Positions 29,302-41,677 are shown, counted from the stretch's first letter. The stretch is DNA of 64,000 nucleotides from Dehalococcoidia bacterium (GCA_963663235.2 CAXXNO010000009.1:84580-148579); one strand, 5' to 3'. The notes: generated by a model from the sequence alone, not told the origin. Program-made: numbers and translations.

Positions 29302-29375
29302 ATAGGGGCCCTCGCGGCTCGGCCCCGGGACGCATCCAGGGGCAGCCAGCGCACTGAATCCGCCGTTTCGCTCGG

Positions 29376-29471
29376 ATCGTATAGAGAAGCAGAGCGAGGT
29401 GTCAAGGATTACACGTTGTAAACGGTTTCAACGTTATTTTCCTTGACAGTGATCAGGCCCCTTCATATTGT
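29376..29471. promoter_or_regulatory. Back-to-back sigma70 promoters flanking a palindromic operator
   Basis: Minus: TTGACA (29400-29405) plus TACGAT; plus: TTGACA (29443-29448), 17 nt, TATTGT; ACGTTGtAAAC-G-GTTTCAACGT between them. Confidence 0.7.
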
Positions 29472-29537
29472 TGGAGAGGCGATTCCGGCGGAGCCGGGGC
29501 GCAGCGCGCTCCCGGAAGCGTCGGCACTGGAGGCGTC

Positions 29538-29828
29538 ATGGCGAGGCAGAGCATGAAGGAGCGAGCACCGCGCGGGAGTGTCGGCGTCCGGCATGGAGCC
29601 GGCCGGGTCGGCGCCTGCAACCACCACTGGATCATCGATCCGCCCAACGGCCCGACCAGTTCCGGAAACTGCAAGCTGTGCGGCCGCAAGCGGAAGTTCC
29701 CCAACTCCTCCGAAGACTCGATCTGGGACGGGGGGGAGGGGCGCTCACGCTGGAACGACATGAGGATCGCCCGCCGCCGACGGCCCGCGGATGAGCCGGT
29801 GGCCGAGGAGAACATCGTCGTCTTCTGA
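29538..29828 (+). CDS. Small Zn-ribbon-like hypothetical protein
   Basis: CNHHWIID..GPTSSGNCKLCG; GGAGG RBS; followed by a terminator. Confidence 0.7.
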   Translation: MARQSMKERAPRGSVGVRHGAGRVGACNHHWIIDPPNGPTSSGNCKLCGRKRKFPNSSEDSIWDGGEGRSRWNDMRIARRRRPADEPVAEENIVVF

Positions 29829-29913
29829 GGGTCTTCTGACGAGGTCTTCTGAGGTCTTCTGACGGGTCTTCTGACAGGGTCTTCTGACGAGGTCTTCTGA
29901 CGGGGTCTTCTGA
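29820..29913. repeat. 8 copies of GTCTTCTGA at 10-13 bp spacing
   Basis: Copies at 29820, 29831, 29844, 29854, 29866, 29879, 29892, 29905. Confidence 0.9.
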
Positions 29914-29934
29914 CGGGCACCCGTTGATCGCAAC

Positions 29935-29964
29935 GAAAACGCCGCCCTCCGGGGCGGCGTTTTT
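29935..29964 (+). terminator. Intrinsic terminator, possibly bidirectional
   Basis: GAAAACGCCGCCC-TCCG-GGGCGGCGTTTTT. Confidence 0.85.
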
Positions 29965-30020
29965 CGTCGCCGGGTGCCGAGCGCCGGGAGCGGGTAGAAT
30001 CGAAGCGGAGCGCGCCTATC

Positions 30021-30947
30021 GTGGACCTGTCGGTTGACCTCGCGCAGGACTCCAAGCGGGGGTTGCCGCTGCGGAACCCCGTGATGACCGCCTCGGGCAC
30101 GTTCTCGAACGGGCTGGAGTTCGCCAAGGTCTTCGACATCCAGCGGCTGGGCGGCATCGTCTCCAAGGGGCTGACGCTGCAGCCGCGTCGCGGCAACCCG
30201 AACCCGCGCATCGCAGAGACGCCGGCCGGGATGCTCAACAGCATCGGCTTCCAGAATGTGGGTCTGCGCCGGCTGGTGCGCGACGTCTGTCCCGTGTGGG
30301 CGACCTGGGAGACGCCGGTGATCGTGAACATCTTGGGCGACACCGTCGATGAGTTCGCCAGGTTGGCGCGCGCGTTGGACGCCGTGCCGGGCGTGGCTGG
30401 GCTAGAGGTAAACATCTCCTGCCCCAACCTGGACGTGGGGGGGATGGAGTTCGGGCAGGATCCCGAGCAGGCCGCCGCGGTGACGGCCGCCGTCGTCCGC
30501 TCCACGACGCTGCCGGTCATCGTGAAGCTCACGCCGAACGTCGCCCAGATCGCGCCCATCGCCCTGGCCGTCGAGGCGGCGGGGGCGCATGCTCTCTGCG
30601 TGTCGAACTCGTTTCTGGGAATGGCGATCGACGTGCGGACGCGGCGGCCGCGGACCTGCCGCCCCACCGCCGGGCTCACCGGCCCGGCGATCAAGCCGCT
30701 GGCGCTGCGCCTGGCCTACGAGACGGCCGCGGCGGTCTCGATTCCCGTCATCGGCTGCGGTGGGATCGAGAGCGGCCGCGACGCCGTGGAGTATCTGCTG
30801 GCGGGAGCGAGCGCGGTGCAGGTGGGCACGGCGACGTATCGCGACCCCTGCGCCCCGCTCCGGGTCTTGGAAGAGATCGAGGCGTTCTGCGCCGAGCAGG
30901 GAGTCGAGTCGCTCACGGAGTTGATCGGCGCGGCGCGGGAGTCGTGA
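30021..30947 (+). CDS. pyrD: Dihydroorotate dehydrogenase (family 1B)
   Basis: MTASGTF, MLNSIGFQN, EVNISCPN, VKLTPNV, VQVGTA. Confidence 0.92.
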   Translation: MDLSVDLAQDSKRGLPLRNPVMTASGTFSNGLEFAKVFDIQRLGGIVSKGLTLQPRRGNPNPRIAETPAGMLNSIGFQNVGLRRLVRDVCPVWATWETPVIVNILGDTVDEFARLARALDAVPGVAGLEVNISCPNLDVGGMEFGQDPEQAAAVTAAVVRSTTLPVIVKLTPNVAQIAPIALAVEAAGAHALCVSNSFLGMAIDVRTRRPRTCRPTAGLTGPAIKPLALRLAYETAAAVSIPVIGCGGIESGRDAVEYLLAGASAVQVGTATYRDPCAPLRVLEEIEAFCAEQGVESLTELIGAARES

Positions 30948-31038
30948 GGGCGTGGTGGTGAGGCTGGACGGGCAAACTCCGCGCCGGTTGCGGGCCGTCG
31001 ATCCGGGCCGTACGGTGACACTCCAAGAACCTTCGCAC

Positions 31039-31115
31039 CGGGGTGTAGCTCAGCCCGGCAGAGCGCGCGGTTTGGGGCCGTGAGGCCGGCGGTTCGAATC
31101 CGCCCACCCCGACCA
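31039..31115 (+). tRNA. tRNA-Pro(TGG)
   Basis: CGGGGTG acceptor, TAGCTCAG, anticodon loop TT-TGG-GG, GGTTCGAATCC, CCA end. Confidence 0.93.
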
Positions 31116-31295
31116 TCCTCCCCACCCGGCTGTTCCCCTCGATGACGCGTCCCGGCGTCCAGGGGACGCCGCGCTCGGTGTCCGAGTCGTGCGTCGGAGG
31201 GGGTGAGGGGCCGTGCTAGACTGCGGCCGTTTCTCCGGTACGGCGCGCGCGGCCATCTGGCCGCGCGCCGCACGGCGTGAGCGAAGGAGCACACC

Positions 31296-32435
31296 ATGGA
31301 CGTCGGCGTGACCTTGACATTCCAGAACTTCCACGACTGGGAGCGCTACAACGCGAAGTCCTCCGCGGCCCCGATCGTGCCGGACTCGCAGATCTACGAG
31401 GAGGACCTGCACCTGGGGAGCCTGGTGGAGCCGCTGGGCTTCGATTCGCTGTGGGCCGTCGACCACCACTTCTCGCCCTACGTCATGACCGGCGGCGCGA
31501 TGCAGAACCTGACCTACTTCGCCGGGCAGTCGAAGCGGCTGGACTTCGGCACGATGGTGATCGTGCTGCCGTGGTACGACCCGGTCGTGGTGGCGGAGCA
31601 GATCGCGGTGCTGGACAACATGCTGCAGGGACGCCGCTTCACGATCGGGCTGGGACGCGGCGCAGCGCAGCGGGAGTTCGACGCCTACCGGATTCCGCTG
31701 GGCGAATCGCGCGGCCGCTTCATGGAGTCGCTGGAGATCGTGCGCAAGGCGCTCACGCAAGAGTGGTTCTCCCACGAGGGCGAATTCTACACGATCCCGG
31801 AGACGACGATCCGGCCGCGGCCACGCACGCCGGACCTGGTGGACAGGATGAAGGTCGCTTGGGTGAGCCCGGAGACCCTGGGCATCGCCGCGAACGCCGG
31901 GCTGGGGATGCTGTTCGCGAACCAGAAGAGTTGGGACGCCTACCAGGATGACTACAAGGAGTTCAACGCCGTGCGGGCCGAGCACAACTGGGCGCCGGTC
32001 CAGCCGACGGTGGTGGTGAGCGTCGCGTGCGCCGAATCGGAGGAGGAGGCGTGGGAGACGATCCTCAAGCACACCACCGAGGCCATGGACAGCGTGGAGC
32101 ACCACTACCACTTCGGCGACAGCGCGCACTTCAAGCGGGCCGGAGGGTACGAGTTCTACGAAACCTTCGCGGAGACGCTGGAGTCAAAGAGTGCAAAGCA
32201 GATCGGGAAGTTCAACGCCAAGCCCCAGGCGTGGGGAACGCCCGCCCAGTGCCTGGAGAAGCTCCAGTACATCAAAGAGATGACGAGCGCCTCGGAGCTC
32301 GTGCTGGGGTTCCGCTACGGCGGGATGCCGGCCGAGGTCGCGGAGCGGAGCATGCGGCTGTTCGCCAAGGAGGTACTGCCCGCCGTGAAGGCGATGGATC
32401 CCGCTCCGCTCGCCGCGGCCGGGCGCGGCGGCTGA
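31296..32435 (+). CDS. LLM class flavin-dependent oxidoreductase
   Basis: GFDSLWAVDHHFS, VAEQIAVLD, GLGRG, SMRLFAKEVLP. Confidence 0.9.
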   Translation: MDVGVTLTFQNFHDWERYNAKSSAAPIVPDSQIYEEDLHLGSLVEPLGFDSLWAVDHHFSPYVMTGGAMQNLTYFAGQSKRLDFGTMVIVLPWYDPVVVAEQIAVLDNMLQGRRFTIGLGRGAAQREFDAYRIPLGESRGRFMESLEIVRKALTQEWFSHEGEFYTIPETTIRPRPRTPDLVDRMKVAWVSPETLGIAANAGLGMLFANQKSWDAYQDDYKEFNAVRAEHNWAPVQPTVVVSVACAESEEEAWETILKHTTEAMDSVEHHYHFGDSAHFKRAGGYEFYETFAETLESKSAKQIGKFNAKPQAWGTPAQCLEKLQYIKEMTSASELVLGFRYGGMPAEVAERSMRLFAKEVLPAVKAMDPAPLAAAGRGG

Positions 32436-32509
32436 CGCCGGCCGGTCGCGCGCGTGTGCGGCCGGGGAAGCGGCGGACGAGGCTCGCGCGAATCACGGCA
32501 CAGCCGTCG

Positions 32510-32628
32510 CAGGCAACGCGAGGCCATTCGAGTAAGGCATCGACATCACGCAGGGCCTCTGGCGGAACGCCCAGTTCCCGCGCCAGCGCCTCCTCGTCGC
32601 GGTACGTGAGGGTGTAGCGGGCACACAT
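32510..32628 (-). pseudogene. N-terminal remnant of an SRAP (YedK-like) protein
   Basis: MCARYTLTYRDEEALARELGV resembles the SRAP MCGRY/F start; the rest of the domain is not recognisable. Confidence 0.5.
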
Positions 32629-32680
32629 GGGCGAGTCTCCGATGCGGGCCTCCCGCCGTCCCCTATGGTACCTTTCCGCC

Positions 32681-34024
<1,344 letters not shown>

Positions 34025-34212
34025 CGCGACGGACTCACCGCCCAGGGAACGTGACGGCTGCCGCCGCTCCCATCTGGACGCTCATCACCTCGGCGATCGC
34101 TTGGATCGGCGACTGACGGCGCTGTCACTCCCTGCCGCGACAAAATGGTGGCAAGCATCCGACGAGGTCGTTCGGCCCTCCTCGCTCCCGGGAGGGGCTC
34201 CCCGCGGGCGGG

Positions 34213-34848
34213 TCAATCGTCGAGCCGCTGGTCGCCCCAGCGGTTCCAGTGGGTAACGGCGCGGGCGGGGACGCGCTTGGGTTCGCCCCAGCGCCCCTGC
34301 GGGTAGCCGACGGGGATGATGGCGATCGGGTTCACGTCCTCGGGCAGACCCAAGATCGTCTGCACCTCCCGGTGGCGACGCGTGAGCAGCGTCGTCAGGG
34401 TGGTGCCCAAGCCTCGCGCCCGCGCGGCGAGCATGAGGTTCTGGACCGCCGGAAAGATCGACCCGTAGTAGGCGGCGGCGCCCTCGGGCGATGTTGGAAG
34501 CGGACCGCGCATACAGGCGGCGATGATGGCGGGCGCCTCGCCGAGATGATCGACGAGGTGCATCGCGCCTTGGTAGACCTTGCGCTGATCGGGCGGCAGG
34601 TCCGGATCCGCCAGGACGGTGTCCCGGAACAGGGCGTTGCCCAGTTCCCGGTAGTGCTGGGCCAGCCGCCGGCGCAGCTCCGCGTCGGACACGATGACGA
34701 AGGCCCAGCTCTGCCGGTTGGCGCCGCTCGGCGCTTGCGTGGCCGCAGCGACGATGTCGCGCAGGTCCTCGTCGGGGACGGGGTCGGGCTTGAGCCGCCG
34801 CATGGCGCGCGTGGTCGTCATCACCTCGTCCATCGAGAGATCGGCCAT
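34213..34848 (-). CDS. Nitroreductase family protein
   Basis: TTRAMRR, APSGANRQSW, AVQNLMLAARARGLG, IPVGYP. Confidence 0.9.
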   Translation of the reverse strand: MADLSMDEVMTTTRAMRRLKPDPVPDEDLRDIVAAATQAPSGANRQSWAFVIVSDAELRRRLAQHYRELGNALFRDTVLADPDLPPDQRKVYQGAMHLVDHLGEAPAIIAACMRGPLPTSPEGAAAYYGSIFPAVQNLMLAARARGLGTTLTTLLTRRHREVQTILGLPEDVNPIAIIPVGYPQGRWGEPKRVPARAVTHWNRWGDQRLDD

Positions 34849-35015
34849 CCTCAATCCTCCATCGGCTGGGGGTGCAGGCTTCGTCCAGGCAAACCTTAGT
34901 GGCAGAGCTGAAGGAAGGCGATGCGGGGCCCGCCAGGATCTCCCACCCCCGTGCACGGAGCGGATCGCGGTACCCTGTGCCCCTGGCGGCGAGAGGCCTG
35001 CCGAAGGGAGCCACG

Positions 35016-35792
35016 ATGCCGACCCTGGCGACGAACGGAACCACCCTGCACTACGACGAGGCCGGGAGCGGGCCGGCACTGGTCCTCACGCACGGCTTCG
35101 GCGATTCCGGCCTTCTGTGGACCGCGCAGATCGAGCGCTTCCGGGATCGCTACCGCGTCGTCACGCACGACCTGCGCGGCCACGCGCGATCCGGCGCCCC
35201 TGAGGAGTTGTGGGCGTACACGCAGGATCTGATGGTGGAGGACCTGCGCGCGATCATGGACCATCTGGGCATCGAGCGCGCCGTCCTCGGAGGGCACTCC
35301 CTGGGCGGCTACACGTCGCTGCGGTTCTACCAACGCTACCCCGATCGCGTGCGAGCGCTGATCCTGTCCGGCACGGGTCCGGGCTACCGGCGGCAAGCGG
35401 GGGCGCGGGAGTGGACCGCGCGCGGCGAGGCCGCCGCCGCGGAATATGAGAAGCGCGGGCTGGATACGACCGTCGATGCGCGCGGCGAGGGCATCGGTCG
35501 GCACGGCGGCAGCGAATCGATCCAGCACACGTTGCGGGGCTTGGCGTTCGTGCGACGCGGGGTCATGCGTATGCCGCCGCTGGTGGACTGCACCGAGATC
35601 ACGACGCCGGCGATCGTGCTGGTGGGCGAGGAGGACACGCCGTTCCGCAACTCATCTGCGTACATGGCGGCCAAGATCCCGGAGGGGACGGGGCCGGTCG
35701 TGATCCCCGGCGCATCGCACTGGGCCAACTTCGACGACGCCCCGCGCTGGAACGAGGCCGTGGCAGCGTTCCTGGCAGCCCTGCCCACCTAG
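35016..35792 (+). CDS. Alpha/beta hydrolase
   Basis: LTHGFG, DLRGHARS, GHSLGG, VGEED, ASHWAN. Confidence 0.88.
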   Translation: MPTLATNGTTLHYDEAGSGPALVLTHGFGDSGLLWTAQIERFRDRYRVVTHDLRGHARSGAPEELWAYTQDLMVEDLRAIMDHLGIERAVLGGHSLGGYTSLRFYQRYPDRVRALILSGTGPGYRRQAGAREWTARGEAAAAEYEKRGLDTTVDARGEGIGRHGGSESIQHTLRGLAFVRRGVMRMPPLVDCTEITTPAIVLVGEEDTPFRNSSAYMAAKIPEGTGPVVIPGASHWANFDDAPRWNEAVAAFLAALPT

Positions 35793-35811
35793 GACAGGAG
35801 GAATCAGCCTC

Positions 35812-36900
35812 ATGGAGTTCGCGCTCTTCTTGAACACGCACGGTGTGGGCACTCGCGACGATCACGACTGGTGGCACCAGCCCATGAACCCGGCGGAGAT
35901 GCGGCCGGTGGAGTCGGCGCAACTGGCGGAGCGGCTGGGCTTCCACTCGGTCTTCATGGGGGACCATGTCGCAATGCCGGAGCAGTCGCCAGAGTCGGTC
36001 TCCCCGGGGCACTTGGAGGGCGCATCTGATCCCGAGGTGCGTCAGCGGGGAACGGCAGAAGACGACGTGGGCGGCAGCAAGCGGCATTACCCGCCGCGCC
36101 CCAGCATCCTGGATGGCGCCGTGGTGATGGGCGCCATCGCCACGCACACGAGTCGCATCAAGATGGGGCCCAGCGTGCTGATCGCGCCGTATCGCCACCC
36201 CCTCAGCGACGCCCGGCAGTTCGCCACGATCGATTACCTCTCCAACGGCCGGTTGATCATGGGAGTGGGCGCCGGCTGGATGAAGGAGGAGTTCGACGCG
36301 CTGGGGCAGCCGCACGCATCGCGATTACAGATGCTGGAGGAGTGCATCCAGGTCTACGACCGGTGCTGGACCGAGCCGCTGGCCTCCTTCCAGGGCGACT
36401 TCCACCGCTTCGAAAACATCGCCATGGATCCCAAGCCGGTGCGGAAGCCGCGCCCGCCGATCGTCGTGGGCGCCACGACTAAGGCGGGCGCCCGCGTGGC
36501 CGCTCGCCACAGCGACGGGCTGATGCCGATCTTGGCGCGGCCTCACGACCAGCCACAGCAGTGCGCCCCCCTCCAAGACGAGATCCGGCGCGAAGCAGCG
36601 AAGATCGGCCGCGACCCCAGCGAGATCGCCATGTTGGGCACCGTGTCGATGCGGATCACGGACGCCGGCGACCCCGAGGCGACGCGCAGGCCCCGGCGGT
36701 CCTGCGGCGGCACGGCCGAGCAGATCCTCAGTGACCTGGAGCGCTTCGCAGAGGCCGGGTACTCCCTTATATGGATCGCGCCCGACTGCCCGTCGCGGAC
36801 CTACGCCGAGTATCGAGAGCAGGTGGAACGGTTCGCGGCGGAGGTCATGCCGGAGGGCAAGAAGTTGCGGCCGCAAGGTGAGTGGCGCACGGACCTCTAA
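35812..36900 (+). CDS. LLM class oxidoreductase, possibly F420-dependent
   Basis: GFHSVFMGDH, PYRHPL, TIDYLSNGRL.MGVGAGW..EEF. Confidence 0.88.
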   Translation: MEFALFLNTHGVGTRDDHDWWHQPMNPAEMRPVESAQLAERLGFHSVFMGDHVAMPEQSPESVSPGHLEGASDPEVRQRGTAEDDVGGSKRHYPPRPSILDGAVVMGAIATHTSRIKMGPSVLIAPYRHPLSDARQFATIDYLSNGRLIMGVGAGWMKEEFDALGQPHASRLQMLEECIQVYDRCWTEPLASFQGDFHRFENIAMDPKPVRKPRPPIVVGATTKAGARVAARHSDGLMPILARPHDQPQQCAPLQDEIRREAAKIGRDPSEIAMLGTVSMRITDAGDPEATRRPRRSCGGTAEQILSDLERFAEAGYSLIWIAPDCPSRTYAEYREQVERFAAEVMPEGKKLRPQGEWRTDL

Positions 36901-37074
36901 TGGCGGCGCGGTACTCGGGAGAGGGGGGCGGATCCTGCGTGTGGCGCTACCTCGGCACGGGCGCGTCCAAGCCCATCTTCAGTCACATAGCCTCCGTGTC
37001 GAATACAGACCATGTATGTGGTTGCGTTAGGCTCGGGCTCCCCCGATCGACGCGCTGACAGGGTCTAGGAACCA

Positions 37075-39690
37075 ATGATCTCATCATCCGAGTTAGCAGG
37101 CCTCTTCGGACAGAGCCTGGACATGTATCTAGATAGCTGCATTGTCGTAGGTGACGACGGTACGATCTTGCTGGCGAACCAACGGGTGCGGCGCGACTTC
37201 GGGTACAAGCCGCACGAGCTCGTGGGAAAATCGATCGAGACCTTGGTGCCCGAGCGCTTCCTCGAGGCCCACAGGCGAGGTTTCGCGGGCTTCTGGGAGG
37301 AGCCCACTGTACTCCACATGGATCTCAGCAGAAATCTCGTCGGACGGCGCAAAGACGGCTCCGAGCTTCCACTGACTATCGGCCTCAGCCCGGCGCAGAC
37401 CGACAGCGGCCTGGTGGTGCTCGCCGAATTGCGCGATATGAGCGAACAGCGCCGCGCTGAGCAAGCGCTGCAACCCAGCGAACAGCGGCATCGCGCCCTC
37501 ATCGAGAGTGCCGCCGTGGCCATCGTGCAGCTCGATCGAGATCTGATGGTCGAGTACGCCAACCCGGCCTTGTGCGAGCTGCTCGAAGTGCCCGACCCAG
37601 GGGACCTCATCGGGACATCCTATCGCCGGTTCTATAAAGGCAAGAATCGGGCGCTCCTTGAACAGGCGTTCGCGCGGCGCCTTCAAGGCGACACGGGAGC
37701 CAACGAATGAGAGCTCACGACGCAGAAGGGACGAACGCGGACCGTGATCGCTGGGGGTGGGGCGGTCACGGACGCCGCCGGCGAACTCGTGGGTACGATC
37801 GGCACCCTCGTTGACATCACGGAGCGGAAACGTCTGGAAAAGACCGTCGCGGCAAGTGCGGCGCTACTGGCGCGGGCCGAGGCGATGGTCCACGTCGGAA
37901 CCTGGTCCTTGAATCTCACGAGTAACAAAGTGACCGCGTCCGAGGAAGTCTACCGGATGCATGGCTTGGATCCGAAAGGCGCCAACGAGGTCACGGACCC
38001 GCAAACATTCCTTGCCCTCGTGCAGCCGGACGACCGAGCCGTGCTGCAACAAAGGCAGTTGTCCCACAGCGCAGGAGGCGTGCAGGACGAAGTCGACTTC
38101 CGCGTCGTGCGACCGGACGGAAGCGAACGGGTTCTCCGCGCACGGCATGACGTAGTGTTCGACGAGGCTGGGGCGCCAGTCACCCTCGTGGGCGTAACCT
38201 GGGACGTCACCGAGCGGAAGCGTCTGGAAACGGCCACCAAGGAAAGTGCTGCGCTCCTCGCGGAGGCCGCGGCGCTCGCCCACGTGGGGAGCTGGTCCCT
38301 CAATATCGCCGCGACCGAGCTGAGTGTATCCGAGGAGTACTGCCGGATACATGGCTTGGACTCGGAGGACGTCAAGGGCACCTTGGATCTGTTAGCGATC
38401 CGTGCCTTCGTGCACGTCGACGACCGGGCCATGGTGGAACGAGCGCTGGAGAAGAGCCTCGAGGAAGACGTGCATGACGAACTCGAGGTCCGTATTGTGC
38501 GACCGGACGGGAGCGAGCGGGTCATACGTTCGCGGCGTACAGTAACTCGCGACGAGGCCGGGGCGCCGGTCCGGATGGTCGGCGTAGGCCAGGACATCAC
38601 GGAGCAGAAGCGTCTGGAAACGGCCGCCGCGGAAAGTGCGGCGCTACTCCTGAGGGCCGAGGCGATGGCGCACACGGGGGCCTGGTCCTTGGATCTGGCG
38701 ACGAACAAGGTGACCGCGTCCCGCGAGCTCTACCTCATTCATGGCTTGGATCCGAAGGGCGCCAACGAACGCACGGATCCGCAAACATTCAGGGCCCTCG
38801 TGCACCCGGACGACCGCGCCTTAGTGGATCGCGTGCAGGCGCCCAGCAGTGAAAGAGGCGTACACGACGCCATCGAGTTCCGCATCGAGCGAGAGGGTGG
38901 AGGCGAGAGGGTTCTCCGCTCGCGCCATGAGGTACTTTTCGACGAGACGGGGGCAGCGGTGGAGATGGTGGGCACAGCCCAGGACATCACCGGGCGCGAG
39001 AAGGATGAGATGGCACTCAAGCGACTCTATGGAGAGCGCAGTCATTTAGTTCAGCGCTTAGTGGAGGCGCAAGAGGGGGAGCGCCAACAGATCGCCTATG
39101 ACCTCCATGATGGAGTGGCCCAACATCTGACGGCCGCGGCCATGTTCCTGGACGTCTATGCGTTGGAGCGGGAGGACCGGCAAGGGGAGGCCGAGGGGTA
39201 TCTCAGGCGGGCGAAGCAATCGCTGGACATCGTGCTCCGGGAGACGCAGCGGATCATGTCCGGGCTGCGGCCGCCGGCCCTGGATGACCTCGGCCTTGCG
39301 GGCGCTTTGCAAGGCGCGCTTGAGGACCTGCGGGCGGTCAGCGATGGCAAGCTGGAGATTGACTCCGATCTGAGTAACGTGCGCTTGTCCGGGGATGTGG
39401 AGATCTTGCTGTTCCGCATTGCGCAGGAAGCCCTCAACAACGCGCTGAAGCATGCGTCGGCGACACACATCCAGGTCAGTCTGCACATGGAGGGATCCCG
39501 GTTGACGCTGGCCGTGCGCGACAACGGCGAGGGATTCGATCGACGTGCGGAGGCAGGACCCGGCAATCGTCCGCACATGGGGCTTGAAAGCATGCAGGAG
39601 CGGGCAAAGCTAATCGGCGCCACCTGCGAGGTGATCTCCACGCCGGGGCAGGGCACTACGGTGCGCGTCATGATGCCGGTGCCGGAATAG
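37075..39690 (+). pseudogene. Multi-PAS sensor histidine kinase (HisKA_3) with an in-frame TGA at 37708-37710
   Basis: The two track ORFs share one frame; the stop falls inside a PAS domain; ERQQIAYDLHD, QEALNNALKH, DNGEGF. Confidence 0.8.
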
Positions 39691-39729
39691 ACGCGAGGGA
39701 CCCACAAGGAAACGGGACTGAGATGCCCA

Positions 39730-40422
39730 GTGGCTGAGGCACAGCGAGACGACGCAGATTCAGGCGGCGGCGGGATCCGGGTGCTGATTGTGGACGATCA
39801 TCGCGCCATGCGCGAGGGGCTGCGGGCGCTGCTCGACGTGCCGGAAATTCACGTGGTCGGCGAAGCCGCATCCGGCCGCGAAGCGGTCGCGTGCGTTCGC
39901 GAAGCGCAGCCCGACATCATTCTCCTCGACGTGCGCATGCCAGACATGGACGGGCTGACGGCGATCCCGCTGATCAAAGAGGAGTTGCCGTCCGTCGCGG
40001 TGATCATATTGACGAGCTTCGAGAGTTCCACATACGTGGCAGAGGCTCTTGCCGCCAGCGCCGCCGGGTATGTGCTGAAGGGTGTCGGGCGGGTCGCCCT
40101 GGTGAGGGCCGCCCAGACCGTGCACGAAGGCGGGGCCACTTTCGACCCGGTGGCTCTCGGGGGTTTAATTCGCAGCGTGAGATCTTCAGCAGGGCCTCTA
40201 CCCGACAGCGCGGGCCATGACTTGGTATCGCTGAGCGCAGGGGAGCAAGAAACGCTCAAGCTCGTGGCGAGCGGCCGGACCGACCAGCAGATCGCAGAGC
40301 AGATCCATTCCAGCGTCGCCACGGTCGAGAACACCGTGCAGAGCATCATCGAAAAGCTGGGCGCTCCAGACCGGATCTAGGCTGCCGTGCTCACCGGCTG
40401 CGCAGGATTCGCCATCGGTTAG
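39730..40422 (+). pseudogene. NarL family response regulator with a premature TAG at 40378-40380
   Basis: LIVDDH, LLDVRMPD; ends DRI*AAV where DRxQAAV is typical. Confidence 0.7.
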
Positions 40423-40577
40423 GCAGCGGCGTGGGGATCGAGACGGCTCAGAGCCCTGCGACGGCCATGCGGCCCGGCCTGGGAAACCGATCCAGGTGCA
40501 GCGACGAGAAGCGGAAGAGGCCGGCGAGGCGACGAAGGAACCGTCGGCGGGGTCAGTGCCGCGCATCAGCCTTGGTC

Positions 40578-41515
40578 TCAATGCATGATCGACGAGGGGC
40601 TGCCGCCGGCGACGACTGCGTTGATCGGGGCGGGCAGCACGTGCATCGATTGCCACGGGCCCCCGGCGCTCTGGGCTCGGAACAGCGCGCCGGCGTCGGT
40701 GCCGATCCAGGCGCCGTTCTCGGCGAAGAACGGAACCGGCGCGCGCGCATGGCGTCCCGGAAGGACCGAGTCGGTTAGCTCGATCCAGGTCTGGCCGGCG
40801 TCCAGCGAGTGGTAGAGGCGACCGTTCATGCCGGGCGGGCGGTCGCCGGCCGCGACCAGCACCTCGCCCGCGCGGTCCGGATTGATCCCGAGGCCCACGG
40901 TATAGCCGTTGTCCATCCCCGCCATGCGACGCTCCCAGCTTCCGCCCGCGTCCTCACTTGCGTAGAAGCCCGACCCGGTGACGGCCAGCAAGCGCCCCGG
41001 CTGAGACGGGTCGGGCCGGACGGAGTGGACATCGACGTAGAGGCCGGCGTTGCGTTCGACCCAGGTCTCGCCCCGGTCCGGCGAGAGGATGACGCCGCCC
41101 ACCTCCACGCCCGCGAGCAGGGCGGCAGGGTCCTCGGGAAGGAAATCGATGGAGAGCACGTGCGGCTCGTGGGGCGGCGGCGGGAAGGTCCATTCGGCGC
41201 GGGTGGGCAGCGCGTCGATGGGGTCAAGGCGGCGCCAGGTGTCGCCGCCGTCGTCGCTGCGATAGCTCATCGCCGGCTCGACGCCGGCGATGAGCGCGCC
41301 GTCCGGTCCAATCGCGCAGGAGCGGGCATCGCCCTCCCACAAGAGCCGCTCGCCCTCCGGGGTGACCGGTAGATCCCCGTCCGCGCGACCGCCGCCAGTA
41401 CCCGATCGCCGCGGCTCGCCACGTGGTTGATCCTCACGCCGGCTAGCGCCAGGCGCCGGCAGCCGTCCGCCTGGACGGTCCAGACCCCGTCATCGGTGCC
41501 GACGATAAGCGCTAT
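40578..41515 (-). pseudogene. BNR/YVTN beta-propeller protein with disrupted 5' end
   Basis: SDDGGDTW, SPDRGETW, SEDAGGSW and SLDAGQTW Asp-boxes; ATA in the start position behind GGAGGGAG; frameshift near 41370. Confidence 0.65.
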
Positions 41516-41677
41516 GCGCCACTCCCTCCACAGGTCGCGTGTGCGAACCCGTCAGCCTTCGCCGATCGACTATCTCTGATCGGAGCGGGCGCGTCGAGAC
41601 GGCCGGTGCGGCGTCCCGCCGAAGCCGGGAGCCGTCCGCATCTCCGAGCGTCTCCCGGCTTCGGCTATGATGCCGGC

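Noticed and set aside
29820-29913. CRISPR or mini-array
   Set aside because: A 9-bp unit with 1-4 nt linkers is far too short.
37708-37710. Selenocysteine or stop-codon reassignment at the in-frame TGA (and TAG at 40378)
   Set aside because: The position is not a redox Cys site, and TGA and TAG end many normal genes here. Nonsense mutation is the simpler explanation.
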